From positions 3,038,001 to 3,102,000 of the forward strand of contig OX337234.1 in assembly GCA_946965045.2 (NCBI GenBank): a DNA stretch of 64,000 nt. The letters run 5' to 3'. Below, one piece after another: positions 58,499-64,000 of the stretch (the stretch's first letter is position 1; each line of letters starts with the position of its first letter). The translations under genes were made by a program, and so were the position numbers. This stretch comes from Epithemia pelagica. Its lineage: Eukaryota > Protista > Bacillariophyta. The notes beneath the pieces are model-generated. The model did no database searches, had not been told where the DNA came from, and saw only the letters and a program-made list of their open reading frames with translations.

Positions 58499-60744
58499 CT
58501 ACGAAGCCTCGTGGTTCGTAGCGGACCATACAAACGAGGTTGTGGAGGAAGGAGAAGCTTCCATAATGGCTTCGTCTTGTTGCTGTTGGGGTGATGTTGA
58601 ATGTGTGTGCTGTCGCCGCCCCAAGGTGACCACCATCCACACTTGCCACTCGGCATCGCGTCGCAGTCCAATGTTGGCTGGTTCATACAAGGCCCGTCCA
58701 CTGACGGCAATTCCCACATTGGTGCGCAAGTGCAATTCCCCCCACGACAAGACCCCATTGCCTTCTCGTTGTGCCAGTCCGAGACGAACTCGTCTATGCT
58801 CGGGAATGTAAATGGGAATGACGAGTCGAACATGATCCGTCGTGTCTTCAAAATGTGGTACAATCTCCGACTCATCGGAGGGACCAGCGTCTTCCGCATA
58901 CGTCAATGCCACAACTTGCAATCGTGTGACACCGACAAACGGGAGCGTTGTGGTTGTCGTAGAAGCAGCAGTGGTGTTTGGATTAGATTTCATCAGTTCC
59001 GACCAGTGTCCTGTCAAGGATGGAAGCACGGCGGCAAAGTCTCCGTGCGTCAAGGCCTCGACCAGAGCATGGGCGTTGCCAGCCGTGTAATCGACCGGTT
59101 CGAGTCGTACCATGTCGGTTTGTCGACGAGTCGGATCGTGACGGAGGGGACGACGTGAGAGAGCTTCCATCTTCCACTGACTTTGGTCCTGGAGTTGAAG
59201 GATGCGATTGGTGGCTTGATGGTTGGCGTCGTTCGTGGCTTGCTGATGCGGTAGCGGATACAAGACGGAACGGACCTGGTCGAACCAACCACTGACATTC
59301 AAGTATTGGTACAAGGAGGTGGTGAGTTGGGGAGGCAATCCCACCACTTTGCCGTGACTGTCGTCGAGGGGCAATCCATCTTCTCGCCAGTAAATGGTTC
59401 GGGTTTCACCAGGTTGCAATTCCTGGCGGGGCAGCAAAAAGAATCGTTCCTTGTCTCGTCCCAAACAGTCCAAGAGACTCAGGGAGGTTCCCGATGAGGC
59501 ATCCTTCCATTGGCTCGGAGGACCGCCAGCACTGGCTTCTTCGCGCAAGTCCTCTTCCGTTTTGATATTGGTCATGTTGACTTGACAGGCGCCATTGGCG
59601 GCCCACATGTTGTTGGCCTGTTCTTGGTTGCACAATCGAATGTATTGGGCCATGCGATCGGCCACATTCATCCACAAGGTACTTCCAAAGGGTGTGTCAG
59701 GATAGTTCCACATTTCCGAACTGTACATTTCCCGATTGCCACCCGTCATTTCCGTCACGCCATGCAAGTAGGGGCCACCCAAAAACACGAGACAATCGTA
59801 CTGCAACCAGAAACAAGAAACGAACATGAAAAGAAATGAGATGATACGTTCCCAAAGCGAGACACGACTGTACATGGCGCTCCGTTTCGGCGTACCTTGT
59901 TGGGTTTGAGATAAATGGTTTCTCGCGGCGGTATTCCATGTCCATACAAATCTCCTTGTCCATACTTGAGATAAAAGAATCCGCCATCGTAATCTTGCGG
60001 TCCCGAAAAGGCAAAGTTGACGGTAAAAAAGGTATCGGCACCATCGGTATGACTGGCCAGCCCTTCTTTAAAATCCGTATAGGTCAAGTGTTCCGAAGCT
60101 CGAAAGCCAATTTCACTCGGTGAGGGAATCAAATCGCGTGGTTTCAAACGATGCTGCGTTTGATTGGCCCGATGATAATACGACCATCCCGCCGTATCGT
60201 AGGCCAATTGAATCGTTTCTTGAATTTCGTCCACAACCGACGGAAAGAAAATGCTGACCAAGGGTGCCAAATGCGTCGGATTGTTCCCACCCATGCCTTC
60301 ATCCTTCTCCAATCCCAATTCGACATAAAAGGATCGGGCTTCGTACAATTGGGGAAAAATGGTCCGCACGCAGGCCGCCAAGGACTGGACCGCCTTGACA
60401 TGAAGGGGGGCAATGGCCCGTTCCACGACCATCAAGACGACCTTGTCGTGACGATATTCATCCTTGACTTGAAAGCCAATTCCGCGTTGATCGGCCTTGG
60501 TGGTTTCAATGTCCCGTCGTTCCTCGGGTGTCAAGTGGGTGTTTAAACAGGTTTGAATCGTCTCGTAATACTCCACGCCTTGAAAGAGGAGCGATTGCTC
60601 CTCGACATGATGTCGCCAAAACCGATCGCGAGGACCTTTCCAATCGGCCCTGTTCCCGTTGGCCACAGCTGGACTGGACCAACCGAGCAGCAAGAGCAGG
60701 GCAATGGAACTCAAGCCGATCCAAGTTCCAAGAGGCACTGTCAT
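58499..60744 (-). CDS. Secreted 2OG-Fe(II) oxygenase-superfamily protein, 2 exons
   Basis: Signal peptide, SHTDG (HxD), YDGGFF. An intron at 59801-59895 (AAG|GTACG...CAG|TAC) joins PNK to YDCLVFLGGPYLHGVTEMTGGNRE, supplying the distal His and Arg. The 3' end could include further introns. Confidence 0.75.
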
Positions 60745-61459
60745 TGTGGCAATACGGATTGTGTGTGTTGGACAAGTATCGAGCTACAATCGAGAACGAC
60801 AAACAATCCAATCCAACTCTTTTGTCGTCAAGGTTGTCGTGACAAGATTGTTGCCCTCGCGCTGCTCCATCGACTGGTTGTGCTTGGCAGCACATTCGTG
60901 TGGTGATTGTGCGGTATTGTAGCGAGAGGTGGCCGTCCACAACGCGAATTTCGGAAAAAATGAGAAGTGCCCATACATCCGTTGACGCATTTTTGTGAGG
61001 CGACCAAAGTTCGTTCAACGGCTCCACAATAGCACAGAGTGTAGAGGGACCAAGGCCAATCAACGAGTCCGTGATGTAAGTATCCGTACGAGTGTTAAGT
61101 AATACCACTGCTACCAAGACTGGCGCGGCTCATGACCAAGCCGGCCAGCTCCTAAGAACTCTTGCATTCGATAAGTATTCCAGTCGACAGACAGACTTTC
61201 TCAAAAAAGATTCCGCACGTCTCACAAATCCGAAGATTCGCATTTCGCCATCTCGTTTTTGGTGTCGGTAGCAAGATTGAATCCATCCGTTGTTGTTTGT
61301 TAGTTTGTTGAGACACACATCCACAACAAAGACACAGACAGGACAAGAGGAGCAAAAGATTCGTCGGTCGTGTCGATCTTGGTCGTTTCAACGTTCCAGG
61401 TGTTGCAAGTTGCAAGAGAGTCTCATCGTCACTGATATTGAACGACAACGCACGATTGA

Positions 61460-62479
61460 GTGTGGACACCCACCCTGGCGCGTGCTCTCACGCGCCACTA
61501 CCATCGCATCGTGACAAGCAAACATAAACCTACGGCGAGGAGTGGCAAGAAATCCAACAACCATGACACAACCGTGTTCTCCAACCCAAAAAACCAGTGT
61601 CAGTCTGCGACGAAAACGACGACGACGACTTGGTCACCACCCTCTGGAACTGGCACCGTCCATGAATCTCCTAGTTGTCCCCATCCCACTCCTCCACCGA
61701 ACCGTTCCAGTTCGAGCCAACCAGCCACCGACCGCTCTTTGTCGGTACCATACATGGGCGAGTCCAATCGAGTCGACCCCGGAGACACTTGGAGAACAAG
61801 CCAGGCGCAACAATCGTTGCTGGTATCGCGAGCACGGGTGCATCCATTGGTGAATGCTACGACTGCCAAGAGTTCTACTACCACTACCACTCGCAATGGC
61901 ACCACGGATGCGACCGACGACGAGGAGGAGTTGCAACACTTTTATGACTGTCACAGTGACAATACGGAGGAGGACTCCCACGACCATTTGTACCATACCA
62001 GCTCGTCCTCCAAGACAAACCACCACCACCTCAACGACAGTATGGTCGTTGACACATTGCTCCCATGGGACACTCCACACAAGAGTCCACAACCACCACC
62101 GACCACTGTCAAGGATTCCGAGACAACAAGGACGAGGAGCGACCCAACGACGGATGCCTTGCTCATTCGGCAAGTGGCACTATGGAGTTTGGGAATCCAT
62201 CAATTGCGTCTGATTGCCGACTCGATGGAACGTCGATTGCATCAGGCCAAACAAGCCTTGTCACAACAGCAACAATCCAAAACAACCTCCATGACATCCG
62301 CAGCACCGTCACGAAGGGAACTCGTGAATGTCATGGCCAGTGAATGTCGAGATGTCTGTCACGACTTGCTGGGACTTCTTCAATTGATTCATTCCTCGTC
62401 CTCCTCCTCATCAGTATTACAACAATCACCACAATCACCCATACAATCACCACCATCAGCATCACTATTGGGGGCGTAG
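61460..62479 (+). CDS. Hypothetical low-complexity protein with a helical C-terminal part
   Basis: 339-codon ORF with host-like poly-T/S/Q bias. It starts at GTG, so the real start or an upstream exon is unresolved; no family recognised. Confidence 0.45.
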   Translation: MWTPTLARALTRHYHRIVTSKHKPTARSGKKSNNHDTTVFSNPKNQCQSATKTTTTTWSPPSGTGTVHESPSCPHPTPPPNRSSSSQPATDRSLSVPYMGESNRVDPGDTWRTSQAQQSLLVSRARVHPLVNATTAKSSTTTTTRNGTTDATDDEEELQHFYDCHSDNTEEDSHDHLYHTSSSSKTNHHHLNDSMVVDTLLPWDTPHKSPQPPPTTVKDSETTRTRSDPTTDALLIRQVALWSLGIHQLRLIADSMERRLHQAKQALSQQQQSKTTSMTSAAPSRRELVNVMASECRDVCHDLLGLLQLIHSSSSSSSVLQQSPQSPIQSPPSASLLGA

Positions 62480-62833
62480 ACCAAACATACTACTAGACAT
62501 ACTTTAGAAAACACCGACCCACAGGATGTCAACACTTTCAAACTGCTTCGTCTTCTTCGTTCGGAGATGTCAATGGTCGTGCGATCATTCGACGGATCTG
62601 CACTGTCCCTCCAGGAGGACACCAAAAAACCTTGAGGATGTCAACAATGGCGAACAAAATAGCTCAAGATATTGTCAGAGAGCGCAGCGCCGATTTGTCA
62701 CTTCTAATCCTTCAAGGAGACTGGCTCTGAAAGCAACAAGAGGTAGATGAGTAATACTGGAGATTCTTCAGCGTGCTCCTCTAGCCGAGATTCGACCCGA
62801 TCCGATCGCCTACTCATCCAGGACATGATGCTG

Positions 62834-63463
62834 TCATCGTCCGTTACTTGACAAGTATTGTATGGGACGGAGGGTTCGTGACAACCTGGGTGTCATTGTC
62901 TCATTCCGAGAAGATTGACTGGGAGGGTTCAATCGTGACAGTCGCCCCAGAATCCGAACATCAAGGATACACGAAAGCCATAAGAAGGAGCAGCTGGTCC
63001 TTGTCCTTTGGCTGTTCGGTTCCATCCAAACTTCTTCTTCAGATGTCCCTGCAATCATGGCGTTAATAAGAAGAAGACTTTCTTTGGAGACAACAAGAAG
63101 GCCAAATGCTCTGTTTGCGAAGTATTCTCTTTCTAGGAGCCTGAATTCCCATTCTCCTTGCTGTACGAATAGAAAAATGAGAAGCCATTGCGAATTGCGA
63201 AGGACGAGGGGTAGTGGGCCTAGCTTTTGTTGTGTTGGGGTAGAGCGTGATGATGATGGTGGGCGTCCTTGCGACCGGTCGTAAGTCCCGAGTTGGGACT
63301 GGCGATAGATGCGTACGCACAGTCGCATGGTCTGCCCCGAATCGCTTGGGAGTTTAAAATTTCCCCCAGGATGGATGGCGTGGATACCGTTGCTCGCATA
63401 GACCCTGGCGTCTGGCGAGCTTACGTGTCCCACTCTCGGATGACCGCACACTCCACATCCCAT
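62834..63463 (-). CDS. Possible hypothetical protein or pseudogene fragment
   Basis: 209-codon ORF with no recognisable motif. Confidence 0.2.
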   Translation of the reverse strand: MGCGVCGHPRVGHVSSPDARVYASNGIHAIHPGGNFKLPSDSGQTMRLCVRIYRQSQLGTYDRSQGRPPSSSRSTPTQQKLGPLPLVLRNSQWLLIFLFVQQGEWEFRLLEREYFANRAFGLLVVSKESLLLINAMIAGTSEEEVWMEPNSQRTRTSCSFLWLSCILDVRILGRLSRLNPPSQSSRNETMTPRLSRTLRPIQYLSSNGR

Positions 63464-64000
63464 CGTTCAAGACTAGTTTGCAGTCGTCGCCGTGTACGAT
63501 AGTGTACACGTGTCGGCATCCAAGCAAAACGAAGACACCACGAAAGTGTCGGGGGGTCGTTCGCAGTTCCATTGAAACCGATCAAGTGTAAGGGCCTCTC
63601 GTTCCGTGTTACTATTGGATTGACAGTCCATGACAGTGCTTCGCAAAGCCGTAGCGGTTCCGACCGAAAACCCGATTGGAGTGGCACTGCTTTTCATTGG
63701 TTGAAAGGTTCGTGCGTGCATTTGCGAACGGTGCCTCCCACGAAGGGAATCTCGTCTTATTATTTTTTTGTCCACTCTAGAAGACAAAAGCGAAACTCGC
63801 TCTTTGAATTGCGTTCGGGCACCTCCTCCCTCCTCACAACCAAGCAAAAAAAGGACTCTTTGGTTTCTTCTGCCATTTCTTGCGTACCAATCTCCTTTTC
63901 ATCACCATCCACCCATTCTCATTATCCTTTTCTCATCATCAACATCATCAACATCATGGTTCAACATCAAAGAGTGAAGAAGGCCGTCTTTTTAAGCATG

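Noticed and set aside
63615-63631. 17-bp exact match TTGGATTGACAGTCCAT to 411-427
   Set aside because: No flanking similarity. A single 17-mer match within 64 kb is not improbable by chance.

Overview
Gene-dense eukaryotic nuclear DNA, most consistent with a raphid pennate diatom. This is inferred from a diatom-type cyclin, PS-rich LRR, double-SET and sulfotransferase families, short GT-AG introns and poly-T/Q/N tracts; the species cannot be named from the sequence. I saw no rRNA, tRNA or CRISPR array. About 20 protein genes are supportable: cyclin, SGNH-like hydrolase, URB2, HAD nucleotidase, twin-domain SurE, DUF1769, sulfotransferase, Kelch, importin-beta-like, two double-SET paralogs, clan AA aspartic protease, two 2OG-Fe(II) oxygenases, LRR protein, multicopper oxidase and three C5-cytosine methyltransferases. 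Mobile DNA includes a Pif1-helicase (Helitron-like) tail at the left edge and a piggyBac-derived element nested in a TA-flanked TIR element. The strongest candidate for an undescribed system is the set of three RID/Masc1 (DNMT4)-like methyltransferases. Each has a BAH-like module and all catalytic motifs, and all three share an upstream CGCGCACAAGA...TGTCAC element. They show signs of gene conversion and of an inverted duplication, and they sit among transposons and TpA-rich tracts. This suggests a co-regulated, possibly RIP/MIP-like repeat-defence system, which is an inference and untested. Also notable are head-to-head secretory double-SET genes and an intronless aspartic protease flanked by direct repeats of a host exon. 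All calls were made by eye; no alignment or database search was run.
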